64,000 bases of DNA, taken from Pseudomonadota bacterium. GTDB taxonomy: Bacteria > Bdellovibrionota > FAC87 > UBA2466. Of the stretch, positions 20,345-31,512 are shown in pieces. The notes beneath the pieces are model-generated. The model had not been told where the DNA came from. It saw only the letters and a program-made list of their open reading frames with translations, and searched no databases. Where the stretch lies: the NCBI GenBank assembly GCA_009927165.1, contig RFNO01000113.1, forward strand, positions 25,152 through 89,151. Reading direction: 5' to 3'. The position numbers and the translations under genes were made by a program. How positions within the stretch are numbered: the first letter of the stretch is position 1; every line of letters begins with the position of its first letter.

Positions 20345-21634
20345 TTAGGGAAAGAACCCGCGATAGAGCATAGCTTTGGAAAGGTGCTCCAGAGAGACTG
20401 CAATTGCGGAATGTCGCATATCCATTTTCTTGCTCAAGTGAAATTCATAGACTCTATTAAAAGCATGAGAGACTTTTTCCCATAGCTTGTTATTAACGTC
20501 TTTTTCACTCCAAAAGAAGTTTTGAAGCCCCTGAACCCACTCAAAGTAAGAAACAATCACTCCACCTGAGTTGGCCAAAATATCAGGGATCGTAAACACT
20601 CCTTTGGAAAACAAAATTTCATTGGCCTCAGAAGTTGTCGGTCCGTTAGCACCTTCTGCAAGGATCTTGCATTTGATCTTATCAGCATTTTTTTCCGTAA
20701 TTTGTCCACTAAGAGCAGCGGGAATCAAAATATCCACATCTAACTCGAGCAGCTCATCGTTACTGACAAAATCACCGCCTGGGAATCCTTTTACCGTCCG
20801 GTGCTGGGCAATGTAAGTACGAAGCTCCTCTAAATTAACTCCTTTGGAATTATAAATTCCTCCAGAGACGTCACTTACAGCAACGATAGTGCAGCCTACA
20901 TTGGCCAAAATCTTGGCGGAATAATAACCGACATTTCCAAACCCTTGGATGGCAACCCTCGTTTTGTCATTAAGGTCCAGTCGCAGTCGCTTTGCTGCTT
21001 CGATAATGTTGTAAACCACCCCACGCCCAGTAGCATCCACCCGCCCTAAGGAACCCCCAATTTCAATCGGTTTTCCAGTTACGACCCCAGGAACCACATG
21101 ACCTACTTGCGAGCTATAAGTATCCATCAGCCAAGCCATGGTTTGAGCATCGGTACCAATGTCAGGAGCAGGAATATCTTTATCGGGCCCAATTAACATG
21201 AAAATTTCGGAAGTATAACGGCGAGTGAGTGCTTGTTTTTCGCGACGAGACATCTTATTGGGATCACAGCGGATCCCCCCCTTAGCCCCTCCTAAGGGTA
21301 ACCCAACGAGAGAGTTTTTTAAGGTCATGAGCATCGCCAGAGCAGACGTCTCTGCCAAGTTCACGTCTACGTGATATCGAATTCCACCTTTGGCTGGTCC
21401 TAAAGTCGTATTGTGCTGGACTCGAAACCCATCAAACACTTGGATACTCCCGTCGTCCATGCGAACGGGAACAGATACATAAAGGACTCGTTTAGGCTTA
21501 GAGAGCCGGTTGTAGACATTGGGATCTAGTTGAATGGCTCGGCCCGCCTTCTCCATCACTTGAAGCACGGAAGTATAAAAAGGATGATTTTCCCATCCAA
21601 CGATTACATCGTCGAATTCATAGGATCCTGACAT
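20345..21634 (-). CDS. gdh: Glutamate dehydrogenase (Glu/Leu/Phe/Val dehydrogenase family)
   Basis: GGAKGGIRCDP catalytic-lysine motif and NAD(P) Rossmann motif GFGNVG; 429 aa. Confidence 0.85.
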   Translation of the reverse strand: MSGSYEFDDVIVGWENHPFYTSVLQVMEKAGRAIQLDPNVYNRLSKPKRVLYVSVPVRMDDGSIQVFDGFRVQHNTTLGPAKGGIRYHVDVNLAETSALAMLMTLKNSLVGLPLGGAKGGIRCDPNKMSRREKQALTRRYTSEIFMLIGPDKDIPAPDIGTDAQTMAWLMDTYSSQVGHVVPGVVTGKPIEIGGSLGRVDATGRGVVYNIIEAAKRLRLDLNDKTRVAIQGFGNVGYYSAKILANVGCTIVAVSDVSGGIYNSKGVNLEELRTYIAQHRTVKGFPGGDFVSNDELLELDVDILIPAALSGQITEKNADKIKCKILAEGANGPTTSEANEILFSKGVFTIPDILANSGGVIVSYFEWVQGLQNFFWSEKDVNNKLWEKVSHAFNRVYEFHLSKKMDMRHSAIAVSLEHLSKAMLYRGFFP

Positions 21635-21726
21635 CTGGCCTCCCAGAAATATCGTAACAAATAAGTTTACGAGGATAGCTGCGGCCCCCGCTTTCGTCTA
21701 GGGGTAAGCTGCCCTTTTTTTGATGA

Positions 21727-22731
21727 TTATCCGTTTTGAACCTTTTGATCCCTGTAAATTTTGCGGAGCAGCAGTTTAATATTGGACTGTGCAGCCATGT
21801 TATTGGCAAGGCTTTGCAGTAATCTGAGGGTTTCATTACTCGGTAGTTCACTGGCCCGAGGCCGACGAATGGTTAATACCCCAATAACCTCGTTTTGGTA
21901 CCGCACTGGAAACACCATCAAAGAGCCGATGGGAATACTTTTTACCGATTTACTAATATCTCGGGTGAGAGCACTTGAGCTTACATCGGGTATTAACACA
22001 AACTTTTCAGAGTAAATGACGTGTTGAATTTCTGGGTAGTTAGCCAGACGAACCGGGAAATCAAAAAACTTGGGGTCGTCACTGCTAGCTAATACCACTC
22101 CTGTCCCGGTTTCAGGCTCAGCAATAATAAGAGAAGTCCGATTTGAATCGGTAAGATCACTAACCTTTTTGAGCGCTTCGTGAAACACCTGATGCTCTCT
22201 GCCCCGCTCAATTCGACTGAGCATTTCACTTACTTCTACACTCAAGTTCACGAAGTTCCACTGGCTAGGATCAGAAAGCGGAATAGCCTCATACTGACTG
22301 ATATCTACTGTTTTCTGGGGGCTCAAATGATACAAAATCCGGTTCAGCAACACTTCATTTTCAAAGGGTTCCGCCACGAAATCATGGGCCCCTGCTGCTA
22401 TCGTATTCTGAATATTCACTTTATGAACCTGTCGAGATACTACGACGATTTTTATCTCCTTATTGAGTGACCTTTCTTTTACTTTCCGGATCAACTCAAA
22501 AGGGCCAATGCCGCCTAGTAAAAGATTAACTGTGCAAAGCTCAAACTGCTCCTCACTCACTTTTTCTAGAAATGCGGTAGGGTCAGTTGCTTCATAACTT
22601 ACGATATTCTCTTTATTAAGCCATTGGCGAAGCGTTCCAAATTTAGCACAGGAAAAATCAGCAAAAATGATTTTCTTGTTGTTGGCTTCAGTTCGGTTAT
22701 CCACAGAAGTTGGAGATTGCGCATTTTTCAT
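21727..22731 (-). CDS. Degenerate receiver (pseudo-REC) domain fused to a C-terminal GAF domain
   Basis: The N-terminal ~120 aa has CheY-like topology (KIIFADF...IVVVS...DFVAEPF) but the phospho-acceptor position reads Asn (TVNLL) and the conserved Lys reads Glu. The C-terminal ~150 aa is GAF-like. Confidence 0.55.
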   Translation of the reverse strand: MKNAQSPTSVDNRTEANNKKIIFADFSCAKFGTLRQWLNKENIVSYEATDPTAFLEKVSEEQFELCTVNLLLGGIGPFELIRKVKERSLNKEIKIVVVSRQVHKVNIQNTIAAGAHDFVAEPFENEVLLNRILYHLSPQKTVDISQYEAIPLSDPSQWNFVNLSVEVSEMLSRIERGREHQVFHEALKKVSDLTDSNRTSLIIAEPETGTGVVLASSDDPKFFDFPVRLANYPEIQHVIYSEKFVLIPDVSSSALTRDISKSVKSIPIGSLMVFPVRYQNEVIGVLTIRRPRASELPSNETLRLLQSLANNMAAQSNIKLLLRKIYRDQKVQNG

Positions 22732-22751
22732 AGCTTCCTCTTCTGATGCTT

Positions 22752-24248
22752 TTAAGCATCTTTCTCATGAACTTCTTTTCCATCAAAACTTAACAGCTTG
22801 TTTTGCGAGTTATACTTAGTCATTACATGAACTGGCCTACCCCACACCGCCTGAATATTTTTTAGGGTTTCTACCCCTTTGTCATATTCAAGATCTAAAC
22901 CTTCGTGCTGATGAACCAGTAATAACTCACCTCGGTTTTGGTAATTTCCATCCTCAACGAGAATAACTGGTTGTCCAAAATTCGAAAGTGAGAAGAGCAA
23001 CTGATTCTTCACTTTTTTCCAATCGCGATCGATAATCTCATATTGTCCGGTTCTTCTATTGAATCCATAGGTGAAGAGTTTCTGCTGCTCACAAAATTCC
23101 TCATTCATAAAACTGTCGATAAACGTAACATCATTATGCAGCTTCCGGACCTCAAATACTTTTTGTCGACCCAAACCCAGTTTTTGATCCCACTGCCTCT
23201 TTCGAGTTACATCGTCACACTCATCATATTCCTTTCCAAATCTTCCTTTGTTCCACCGGTCTTCAATATCCCTAAAGAGCTCAATGCCTAGCTTGTAGGG
23301 ATTTAGCTGACCTGGTCGAGTGCTCACGGTGCCACTATGGTGGTCCGCGTAGTCAATTACTTCAGAGTCTTTCAACACATGTTGAGTCATTATGGTGGAG
23401 TGCCAATAGCTAGCCCAGCCTTCATTCATGATTTTGGTAGCCGCTTGGGGAGCAAAATAATACGCTTCTTCTCTAATAATGGATAAAATCTCTCTTTGCC
23501 AATTTTCTAGTGGCGCATAGTTAATCAAAAAAGCCAACACATCCCTTTCAGGCCTCAAGGGAAATTTTCTAGCTTTTTCCTGGCTCTCCCGTATTTTTTT
23601 CTCCTGTTCATCAATAAAAGACCGAGGATTTACGAAACTTTCTAAATAGTCTTTGGTCTCAAATCTTTTAACCCCACTTGCTGCTGCGCTAGTTGCAGGG
23701 CTTTGCAAGAGACTTGGACTCTGGGTGTTTGCTTGCTGCTGAAAAACTGAATACTGATCAATTAAGTTATCTATAGACAAGCAGCGATCAATAAAATCCT
23801 CAACTACTTCGACCCCTAACACATCTTGGTATTCTCGAATTTTTGTTGCATGGTTGGCCATTTCATCCAACATTTTACGGTTTGTCTTAGCGAACCACAT
23901 ATTGTTCTTGAAAAAGTCACAGTGCCCGTAAACATGGGCCATAACAAGCTTCTGATCGACGATCGCATTCCCAGTTTGCAAATAGGCGTAGCAAGGGTCG
24001 TTATTTATTACTAATTCATATATTTTCTGAAGACCGTAAGTATAGGTCTTGTTGAGATAGTCGTACTCCATCCCAAAACGCCAATGCGGATAGCGAGTCG
24101 GATACCCTCCGAGAGCCGCTACTTCGTTAATTTCGTCATAATCAACCAACTCAAATATGATATCGAAAGTATCCAAGCCATAGCCACGTGCTATTTCTCG
24201 GATTTCTTGATGGGCTTTATGCAATTCGGGTGGAAGAATATGCCTCAT
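22752..24248 (-). CDS. spoVR: SpoVR family protein
   Basis: 498 aa with characteristic SpoVR/YcgB conserved blocks (N-terminal HxxxxE region, [17 protein letters not shown]). Overlaps yeaH by 4 nt. Confidence 0.8.
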   Translation of the reverse strand: MRHILPPELHKAHQEIREIARGYGLDTFDIIFELVDYDEINEVAALGGYPTRYPHWRFGMEYDYLNKTYTYGLQKIYELVINNDPCYAYLQTGNAIVDQKLVMAHVYGHCDFFKNNMWFAKTNRKMLDEMANHATKIREYQDVLGVEVVEDFIDRCLSIDNLIDQYSVFQQQANTQSPSLLQSPATSAAASGVKRFETKDYLESFVNPRSFIDEQEKKIRESQEKARKFPLRPERDVLAFLINYAPLENWQREILSIIREEAYYFAPQAATKIMNEGWASYWHSTIMTQHVLKDSEVIDYADHHSGTVSTRPGQLNPYKLGIELFRDIEDRWNKGRFGKEYDECDDVTRKRQWDQKLGLGRQKVFEVRKLHNDVTFIDSFMNEEFCEQQKLFTYGFNRRTGQYEIIDRDWKKVKNQLLFSLSNFGQPVILVEDGNYQNRGELLLVHQHEGLDLEYDKGVETLKNIQAVWGRPVHVMTKYNSQNKLLSFDGKEVHEKDA

Positions 24249-25360
24249 TTTCCCCTTCCGAGAAACTCCTTCAACGATCGATGAATCGCTTCTTTATTCT
24301 CGATCTTTGAAGTAATTAATTTTTCATCTTCTTTAAAGTGCTCCAGTAAATCCTTGATAAATTGACCGCTTCCATAGCGACTTTCCACTTGTCCGTAGCA
24401 AAACAGGTTTACTTTCGGTAGCACATCAGTTTTCAGGAGGTCCACACAAATTTTGGTGTCTTCCGCTGACCAGTTATCTCCGTCACTAAAGTGAAAAGCG
24501 TAAATGTTCCAGTCGTCAGGAGGATATTCTTTTTGAATCAACTCTAAGCAAGTCTTATAAGCTGAACTAATCAGAGTGCCTCCGCTCTCTCTCGTGTGGT
24601 AAAAAGTTCCTTGATCCACTTCTCTAGCTGTCGCATCGTGAATAATGTAACGAATGCTTATATCTTTGTATTGAGAACGGATCCAAGTATCTATCCAGAA
24701 AGATTCAGTTCGTACTATTTCTTTCTGTTCATCACCCATGCTACCCGAGACATCCATCATATAAATAATGACTGCGTTATTCTGGGGTTGAGTAATGTTT
24801 TTCCAGGAACGAAATCTAAAATCTCTCTTTATGGGTATGATGACAGGATTTTTAGGATCGTAGTGACCTGCGATAATTTGCCTTTTCAAAGCCTCACGGT
24901 ATGTTCGTTTTAAGTGCCGGAGGCTGTTGGGCCCAATCTGACGGATTCCGGTATATTTATTTTTTTGCGATGAAAGACTCCCTTGCCCCTTTGGTGTAAT
25001 TCTAGGAAGTTCAAGCTCCTGAGCAAGCATATCCGCCAACTCCTGAAGCGTGACTTCCACTTCGAGCGAATGCTCACCTTCACCGCTTCCCGCTTTCTGT
25101 GACCCTTCTTGACCATCATTTCCTAAGGGGGTACCGGCCGAACCATCACCTGAACCAACTCCACCCGCTTGCTTCTTTCCAAATCGGAAATGGGGAAGAT
25201 CAATTTGGTGGACGGGAATGCTTACATAGTCCTTGCCTTGGCGACCAACGATTTCGCCTTGGGTTATATACTTCTTAAGATTCTGCTTAATCTTTCCCTT
25301 AACGATCTGCTTGAACCGCTGGTGATCCCGTTTAATTCCGGTAATCATAAGATGGACCAC
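24245..25360 (-). CDS. yeaH: YeaH/YhbH family protein (DUF444, vWA-like)
   Basis: 371 aa in the UPF0229 pattern: an N-terminal Gly/Ser-rich region and a C-terminal vWA-like MIDAS-type segment (MDVSGSMG). Sits between prkA and spoVR. Confidence 0.75.
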   Translation of the reverse strand: MVHLMITGIKRDHQRFKQIVKGKIKQNLKKYITQGEIVGRQGKDYVSIPVHQIDLPHFRFGKKQAGGVGSGDGSAGTPLGNDGQEGSQKAGSGEGEHSLEVEVTLQELADMLAQELELPRITPKGQGSLSSQKNKYTGIRQIGPNSLRHLKRTYREALKRQIIAGHYDPKNPVIIPIKRDFRFRSWKNITQPQNNAVIIYMMDVSGSMGDEQKEIVRTESFWIDTWIRSQYKDISIRYIIHDATAREVDQGTFYHTRESGGTLISSAYKTCLELIQKEYPPDDWNIYAFHFSDGDNWSAEDTKICVDLLKTDVLPKVNLFCYGQVESRYGSGQFIKDLLEHFKEDEKLITSKIENKEAIHRSLKEFLGRGK

Positions 25361-25395
25361 TCCTCATTGGACCTCGAGAGGTACCTTAAAATTGT

Positions 25396-27471
25396 CTATT
25401 TTCTCTTTACATCGCCTCTTGCAAAAATCGATGCTACGAAATTTAAGACATCCGTAGCGCTCACTTCGTCATACCCATAGTTTTTTATAAGTCTTGCTTT
25501 AACAATATCTATTTTGGCTTGCGTGTTCGCATCAACGACATTCGACACTAAACTTGTCAGTTTGATTGTGTCTTTTTGATCTTCAAACAATTTTAATTCC
25601 AGGGCTTTGTGAAGTCGTTCATTGGTTTTGTAATCGAACTGACGACCTTCGAGTGCCAAGGCCCCGATGTAATTCATGATCTCACGTCGGAAATCATCCT
25701 TGCGACTATCGGGGATATCTATTTTCTCTTCGACAGAACGCATGAGTCTCTCATCGGGCTCCTCATCTTGGCCAGTAAATTTGTTCTTTACTCGCTCTCT
25801 CTGAGTATAGGCCTTCACGTTATCGATATAGTTGCCACACAAACGAGCCATTGCTTCCTCATCTGCTGATATAGCCCGCTGCACTTCACTTTTAACAACA
25901 TCTTCGTATTCCTGTCTCACTACTGCTAACAACTCACGATAGTGTTTGCGTTTGTCCTCAGACGAAATAAGAGAATGATGTCGTAGTCCCGATTCGAGTT
26001 CATTGAGGACCATAAAGGGATTCAATGAAGCAACAGCACCGTCTTTCGTGTTCACAAGTGCGTTGGAGATTTTATCCTGGATGTATCTTGGAGAAATCCC
26101 TTCCATTCCTTCTCTCACTGTCTCTTTTCTCAGCTCACGAACGTTGTCCTCGGTGAAGCCGGGAAGAGTCTTTCCATTGTATAGCTTGAGTTTCTGTAAG
26201 AGGGATAGATTATGTTTTTTGGGTGCCTCTAAGCGAGTCAGTACGGCCCACATGCTCGCCATTTCAAGTGTGTGTGGTGCAATACTCGCTTTAATTTTTC
26301 TTGGGTTGAAGTCCTTACGATAGATTCTGACTTCTTCAGCAAGTTTAGTGCAGTAAGGTATGTCAATTTTCACTGTACGATCTCGAAGTGCTTCCATGAA
26401 TTCGTTGTTCTGCAACTTTCGATATTCAGGCTCGTTCGTGTGTCCAATAATCACTTCATCGATGTCCATCTGTGGGAATTTTTTGGGTTTAATTTTGTGT
26501 TCCTGCGAGGCCCCCAACAGATCATAGAGAAACGCCACATCTAATTTAAGCACTTCAATGAATTCCAAAATTCCCCGATTGGCGACGTTGAATTCACCAT
26601 CAAAATTAAAAGCTCGAGGGTCCGAATCAGAGCCATATTCTGCGATTTTTCGGTAATTGATGTCTCCCGTAAGCTCTGTTGAGTCTTGATTCTTTTCATC
26701 TTTTGGCTGGAAGGTTCCAATACCAATTCGATTTTTTTCAGAAAGAATAAGACGAGTAACGATCACATGATCGACTACTTTAGTCCAATCACCACTATAG
26801 TGTTGCATCAGTCGATCGTAGATAAATTGCATTGGAGGAGATAAGTCTCCATCAATGACTACTCGATGCCCTTCTTTCCTTCCGCGATTTATTTCCTCTG
26901 CAAATTTCTTCCTAAATTCTTGTGGGATTAACTTAAGGGGATCCTCATTCATTGGACTACTGAATTCTTGTTGTCCATTCAGTACCTCTCGAGAGAGAGC
27001 TTCGTTCTCAATTCGAAATCGGAATGTGTACATGGCTCCTTCGTCGGTTTGTGCGTACCATTCCACTCCCTTTTTAAGCATTCGAGCGATGGTGCTTTTG
27101 GCACTTCCTACAGGACCATGAAGCAAAATAACCCGCTTTTCGGGGCCATAGGACTGGGAAGCTGCTTTTAGCGTGTTGACCAGCTTCTGGAGATGGACAT
27201 CAATCCCAAACACCGCATCTTTTCCGTTTTCGATGGGATCCTTAAAGAAATTGTAGGAAGTTATCTTCTTTTTAAACTCGACGTATTCCTCTGTCCCGAA
27301 ATGACTTATGCAATCGTAGAGTCGTTGAAAGGCATTTCGAGTTATTTCCGGACGTTCTTTTACCATTTCAATATATTGCTGAAAGGTACCTTCCCACTTA
27401 ATTTTTTTATAGCGGTCTAGATCCTGTAAGCTACCGATAAAATTTTTGATATCCATCGCTGAAGAAGACAT
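25396..27471 (-). CDS. prkA: PrkA family serine protein kinase (AAA+ / kinase-like)
   Basis: 691 aa with a Walker A motif ([12 protein letters not shown]) and PrkA-type N- and C-terminal domains. Confidence 0.85.
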   Translation of the reverse strand: MSSSAMDIKNFIGSLQDLDRYKKIKWEGTFQQYIEMVKERPEITRNAFQRLYDCISHFGTEEYVEFKKKITSYNFFKDPIENGKDAVFGIDVHLQKLVNTLKAASQSYGPEKRVILLHGPVGSAKSTIARMLKKGVEWYAQTDEGAMYTFRFRIENEALSREVLNGQQEFSSPMNEDPLKLIPQEFRKKFAEEINRGRKEGHRVVIDGDLSPPMQFIYDRLMQHYSGDWTKVVDHVIVTRLILSEKNRIGIGTFQPKDEKNQDSTELTGDINYRKIAEYGSDSDPRAFNFDGEFNVANRGILEFIEVLKLDVAFLYDLLGASQEHKIKPKKFPQMDIDEVIIGHTNEPEYRKLQNNEFMEALRDRTVKIDIPYCTKLAEEVRIYRKDFNPRKIKASIAPHTLEMASMWAVLTRLEAPKKHNLSLLQKLKLYNGKTLPGFTEDNVRELRKETVREGMEGISPRYIQDKISNALVNTKDGAVASLNPFMVLNELESGLRHHSLISSEDKRKHYRELLAVVRQEYEDVVKSEVQRAISADEEAMARLCGNYIDNVKAYTQRERVKNKFTGQDEEPDERLMRSVEEKIDIPDSRKDDFRREIMNYIGALALEGRQFDYKTNERLHKALELKLFEDQKDTIKLTSLVSNVVDANTQAKIDIVKARLIKNYGYDEVSATDVLNFVASIFARGDVKRK

Positions 27472-27535
27472 GGATGCTCCTTTTTTGGAATTCAGAATCC
27501 AATTTTGATTTTGAGTGGGAACTTTAAGAACAGGT

Positions 27536-27560
27536 ACAAAAAGGTGCGAGACTCACCTTC
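27536..27560 (-). terminator. Rho-independent terminator for the amidohydrolase gene (minus strand)
   Basis: On the minus strand this reads AAGGTG-AGTCTCG-CACCTT followed by TTTTTGT. It lies about 45 nt after the gene end. Confidence 0.4.
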
Positions 27561-27604
27561 TTATTTACTATTTTCACAGGATTGAAAAAAATAGTCAAAC
27601 GCGC

Positions 27605-28933
27605 CTAGGCTTTTTGAAACTTAGCGTTAAGTCGTGCAATTTTAAGACCCCACTTTTGCGCTCGATTCAGTATGTCGTTTTCATCGCACAACATCATTTT
27701 CCTGTTTTTCATTAATATTTTTCCACCCACAAGGGTATGCAAAACATCAGCACCGGTTGCACTATAAACCAGATGGGAATAAGGGTCGTAGAGCGGAAAA
27801 CAATGCGGTCCTTTGAGACTTACTGCAATGATGTCCGCTTCTTTTCCCATTTCTAATGAGCCGATTAATTTCTCCAAGTGAAGGGCTCGGGCTCCTTCAA
27901 TCGTCAACATTTTGACGCTTTCAACGGCACTTAATTTCCCCACTCCGTATTTAAAGGCCTGAATTTTTGTTCCAGTGTCCACTTCTTGCAAAAGGTCTAA
28001 ATTATTATTGCTAGCTGTGCTATCGGTACCAAACGATAAAACCGCCCCTTGAGCTCGCAACTCTACTACTGGGCAAATCCCATTTCCCAGCTTGAGATTA
28101 CTTTCAGGATTAAAAACAATACCTACCTGGTTTCTCCCCAGGAGCTTTATGTCATCGTCGCTGAGTTCGACCGCATGCGCACAAATAACTTTTTGATCCC
28201 AAAGCCCAATAGACTCAAACCATTTCACTGGGCTCACGCCTCTTTGTTTGATGATCTCGTGGCACTCTTTCGGGGTTTCCGCTAAATGCGTATGAATCAA
28301 CAAATCGTTTCTCTCAGCATAAGCTATCATTTCCTTCCACAAACTCTCTGAAAGCCCATAAATAGAATGTGGAGCTAACGCGCCCTGAACTCTGGGAAAC
28401 TTGCTCACAGTTTTAAAAAACAAATCAAACTTCTTAAAAACCTCACTCGACTTTTCAACTCCGCTAATTTCAAGATGGGTTTGGCCACATATCGCCCTTA
28501 TTCCCATTCGATGAGCAGCTTCTGCGGCTGCTTCTTCAAAATAATACATATCGTTGAAAGTAGTTGTTCCCGACCGGAGCATTTCCAAACAGGCCAATTC
28601 AGTTCCAAGGGCTACAAAATCTTTTTTTCCCAGAGCCCGCTCTAGAGGAAAAATGTGGTGATTGAGCCATTCATAAAGTGGAAGGTCATCTGCAATGCCC
28701 CTCAATAAGCTCATACCAGTGTGAGTATGGCCGTTGACTAGGCCAGGAAGGAGCAAACAGTTTGATGCATCAAGATTCTTGACGCCTGCTGGGGGTCGAA
28801 AACCTTTTTTGGAGGAAATTTCCTGAATTTTGCCCTGACCTATCTTAATTACTGCGTGCTCAACAATCCGAAGATTATCGTCCATCGTGAGAGCAGTTCC
28901 ACCCCATACAATTAAATCCGTTCGAGTTTTCAT
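27605..28933 (-). CDS. Amidohydrolase-superfamily nucleobase/nucleoside deaminase (MtaD / guanine-deaminase / chlorohydrolase-like)
   Basis: N-terminal HxH metal site (LVNGHTHTGMS) and an HTHLAE motif; 442 aa. Co-oriented with cdd and the deo genes. Confidence 0.65.
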   Translation of the reverse strand: MKTRTDLIVWGGTALTMDDNLRIVEHAVIKIGQGKIQEISSKKGFRPPAGVKNLDASNCLLLPGLVNGHTHTGMSLLRGIADDLPLYEWLNHHIFPLERALGKKDFVALGTELACLEMLRSGTTTFNDMYYFEEAAAEAAHRMGIRAICGQTHLEISGVEKSSEVFKKFDLFFKTVSKFPRVQGALAPHSIYGLSESLWKEMIAYAERNDLLIHTHLAETPKECHEIIKQRGVSPVKWFESIGLWDQKVICAHAVELSDDDIKLLGRNQVGIVFNPESNLKLGNGICPVVELRAQGAVLSFGTDSTASNNNLDLLQEVDTGTKIQAFKYGVGKLSAVESVKMLTIEGARALHLEKLIGSLEMGKEADIIAVSLKGPHCFPLYDPYSHLVYSATGADVLHTLVGGKILMKNRKMMLCDENDILNRAQKWGLKIARLNAKFQKA

Positions 28934-29385
28934 CCTTTTAATTTTTCCGGAGTAAAAGCAAATGGGAAAAGTTGAGGAAACTTAAACTGCCGAAAATGAG
29001 TTCCCTGCGGATTTACTGACGTTACTGTGCAGTTGGGCCCAAACTCTTGAATAACTTGTAGACACATCCCACAAGGCAATACTGGCTCCGCTGAAGAAGC
29101 GACTAGAACCAAGTGCTGAATCTTCGCTCCCCCCTCGGAGACCATTTTTACAATAGCCGTTCTTTCTGCACACAAACCAGCTGGATACGACGCATTTTCA
29201 ACATTACAGCCTGTGAATATTTTCCCTCGGCCATCTTGGAGTGCACACCCCACTAAATACTGGGAATAGGGAGCATAGGCTTTCTTCCGGGCCATCTTCG
29301 CTGCTTTCACTAGGCCTAGCGTCCTGGAATCAAGCTGTTTAATAGGCTGAATAGGATGTGACTTAAGTACGGACGACATGAACAA
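28930..29385 (-). CDS. cdd: Cytidine deaminase
   Basis: CAERTAI and PCGMCLQ zinc-binding motifs; 151 aa. Confidence 0.85.
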   Translation of the reverse strand: MFMSSVLKSHPIQPIKQLDSRTLGLVKAAKMARKKAYAPYSQYLVGCALQDGRGKIFTGCNVENASYPAGLCAERTAIVKMVSEGGAKIQHLVLVASSAEPVLPCGMCLQVIQEFGPNCTVTSVNPQGTHFRQFKFPQLFPFAFTPEKLKG

Positions 29386-30181
29386 ACTCCTTCACAAGGA
29401 ACGCAAACGATTTTTGAACCTTCTTTGCTGTTTCGAGAACTTCAGCATGATCTAACGTTCCAGGAATAACCCCGGATGCTAAATTGGTAACACAAGAAAC
29501 AGCGACTACTTTTTTACCCATATGCTTTAACGCAATAGCTTCGGGAATTGTGGACATTCCAATTACATCAGCGCCTACCATTTTAAGCATTTTCACTTCA
29601 GCTGGTGTTTCATAAGAAGGGCCATGGACCCCAGCATACACTCCCTCTCTCAGAGCGATGCCATTTTCTTGAGCTACTTTCTTCATCGACTCGCGCAAAT
29701 GGGAATCGTAAACTTGCGTCATATCCGGAAATCGAGCTCCCAAAGTTTCTTCGTTAGCACCGATCAAAGGGTTGTCCCCCATACAGTTGATGTGATCTTT
29801 GATTAAGAGAAGGTCTCCAGGATTCATATCGGAGTGCACTCCGCCTGCAGCATTAGTTAACAAAAATGTTTCGGCACCACAAAGAGCAAGGACACGAAAA
29901 GGAAATACAACTTCGGCCATGCTATATCCCTCATAATAATGCAATCGCCCCTGCAAACAGCTAACCCTGATTTTACCCAAAGTTCCAATGACTAATCTCC
30001 CCGAGTGTCCAGGAACAGTCGCTTTTTTGAAGTGAGGGATTTCGTTAAAAGGAATTTCCACCTCAAGTTTCAAATCATCCAATAAACTTCCCAGCCCACT
30101 TCCTAAAACAATTAACATGCCAGGAAAATCAGGACATTTTCTCAGAATGTGGTGTTTTGCTTCTTCCAGTTTTTGCATCAT
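29363..30181 (-). CDS. punA: Purine nucleoside phosphorylase (trimeric PNP-I / PunA type)
   Basis: 272 aa with the PNP/MTAP family phosphate-binding region (LGSGLGSL...VPGHSGRLV). Confidence 0.8.
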   Translation of the reverse strand: MMQKLEEAKHHILRKCPDFPGMLIVLGSGLGSLLDDLKLEVEIPFNEIPHFKKATVPGHSGRLVIGTLGKIRVSCLQGRLHYYEGYSMAEVVFPFRVLALCGAETFLLTNAAGGVHSDMNPGDLLLIKDHINCMGDNPLIGANEETLGARFPDMTQVYDSHLRESMKKVAQENGIALREGVYAGVHGPSYETPAEVKMLKMVGADVIGMSTIPEAIALKHMGKKVVAVSCVTNLASGVIPGTLDHAEVLETAKKVQKSFAFLVKEFVHVVRT

Positions 30182-31512
30182 GCAACTTTCTCCAAAAGAA
30201 AAGGATCTACTCGAGGCTTACGATCGTTCACTAACAAGATACTCTCGAAGGCATCTTTGACAGTTTTTTCAGAAAGACTGTCTCTTAGAATACAAGTGAC
30301 TAACGTGTCTCCTTTTTCAATGCGATCTCCTACTTTTTTTTCAAACACAAACCCAACCCAAGGATCTATTGAGTCAGTGACCCCATTTCTTCCGCCTCCT
30401 ATTTGATTTAACAATAGACCCACTTTCAAAGCTTCACACTGACTTAGATATCCCGCTTGTGAGGCCGTAATTAAAACTTTTTTGTAACCTATCGGTGGTC
30501 TTTTAAAGTTTTTGGTAAACTCATCCCACTGCCCCCCCTGACTTTCAAACATGTTCTGAAAATGAGCGCGAGCTCGACTGCTACTCAACTCTTCAGCACA
30601 CTCCTTTCTGCAAGTTTCTATGGGGATTTGTCTTCGAGAAGAGAGGAAAACCATCTCAGCTGCCATTTCAAGAATCAGTTCTTTTAATCCTGGTTCCTGG
30701 TTCCCATGAAGAAAATCCCAGCATTCTTCTATTTCCAGGAAATTTCCGACATTCCTTCCAATGGGTTCGTCCATCCTAGTCAGATGCGCAACTGCATCGA
30801 TGCGGTTGGCTTTTGCCACTGATACCAACGCCCGAGCAAGCGCCAAAGCCTGTTCACGGTCCTTCATAAATGCTCCAGAACCTACTTTTACATCAAACAA
30901 AAGACCATCCAGATTTTCCGATAATTTTTTGCTCATGATACTGGATACAATCAAGGGAATACTGTCGACTGTCGATGTAACATCCCGGAGTGCATAAATT
31001 CTGCGATCAGCAGGAGCAATTTCCTCTGTCTGTCCAATCATGAAAAATCCGTTTTTTTGAAGCAACTTCAAAGCGTCTGACAATTTTATTTTAGAAGAAA
31101 AACCACCAACAGATTCCAATTTATCTAAGGTTCCCCCGGTGTGCCCCAATCCACGTCCCGACACCATGGGAAGCTTCACTTTCCCTTTGCCGAATAATCT
31201 CTCCGTAACCGCAGCAACAATCGGCACAAGTAAAAGAGACGGCTTATCTCCCACTCCCCCTGTACTGTGCTTATCCACCCAAAAATCATTCCGATGAGAC
31301 CGTTCAAAGGTAGTTCCAGATTTCCACATTAATTGCGTCCATTCCAACGTCTCGTTTACGGTCATTCCTTTGAAACAGACAGCCATCAACCAAGCAGCCA
31401 TTTGATAATCTGTGACGGAGCCCTGCAGAAATGAATTAAGAAAAAAAGATAACTCTTCTGGGGAGTGCTCGCCGCCGTTTTTTTTCTTGGATATTATGTC
31501 TGTAGGTCGCAT
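30178..31512 (-). CDS. deoA: Thymidine / pyrimidine-nucleoside phosphorylase
   Basis: HSTGGVGDK motif plus glycosyltransferase family-3 and C-terminal PYNP domains; 444 aa. Confidence 0.85.
   Translation of the reverse strand: MRPTDIISKKKNGGEHSPEELSFFLNSFLQGSVTDYQMAAWLMAVCFKGMTVNETLEWTQLMWKSGTTFERSHRNDFWVDKHSTGGVGDKPSLLLVPIVAAVTERLFGKGKVKLPMVSGRGLGHTGGTLDKLESVGGFSSKIKLSDALKLLQKNGFFMIGQTEEIAPADRRIYALRDVTSTVDSIPLIVSSIMSKKLSENLDGLLFDVKVGSGAFMKDREQALALARALVSVAKANRIDAVAHLTRMDEPIGRNVGNFLEIEECWDFLHGNQEPGLKELILEMAAEMVFLSSRRQIPIETCRKECAEELSSSRARAHFQNMFESQGGQWDEFTKNFKRPPIGYKKVLITASQAGYLSQCEALKVGLLLNQIGGGRNGVTDSIDPWVGFVFEKKVGDRIEKGDTLVTCILRDSLSEKTVKDAFESILLVNDRKPRVDPFLLEKVA

Noticed and set aside
21640-21726. 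GC-rich hairpin followed by a T-run between gdh and the REC-GAF gene
   Set aside because: In the +orientation there is no upstream +strand gene to terminate. For the minus-strand REC-GAF gene, the U-run would precede the stem rather than follow it. Ambiguous, so not called as a terminator.
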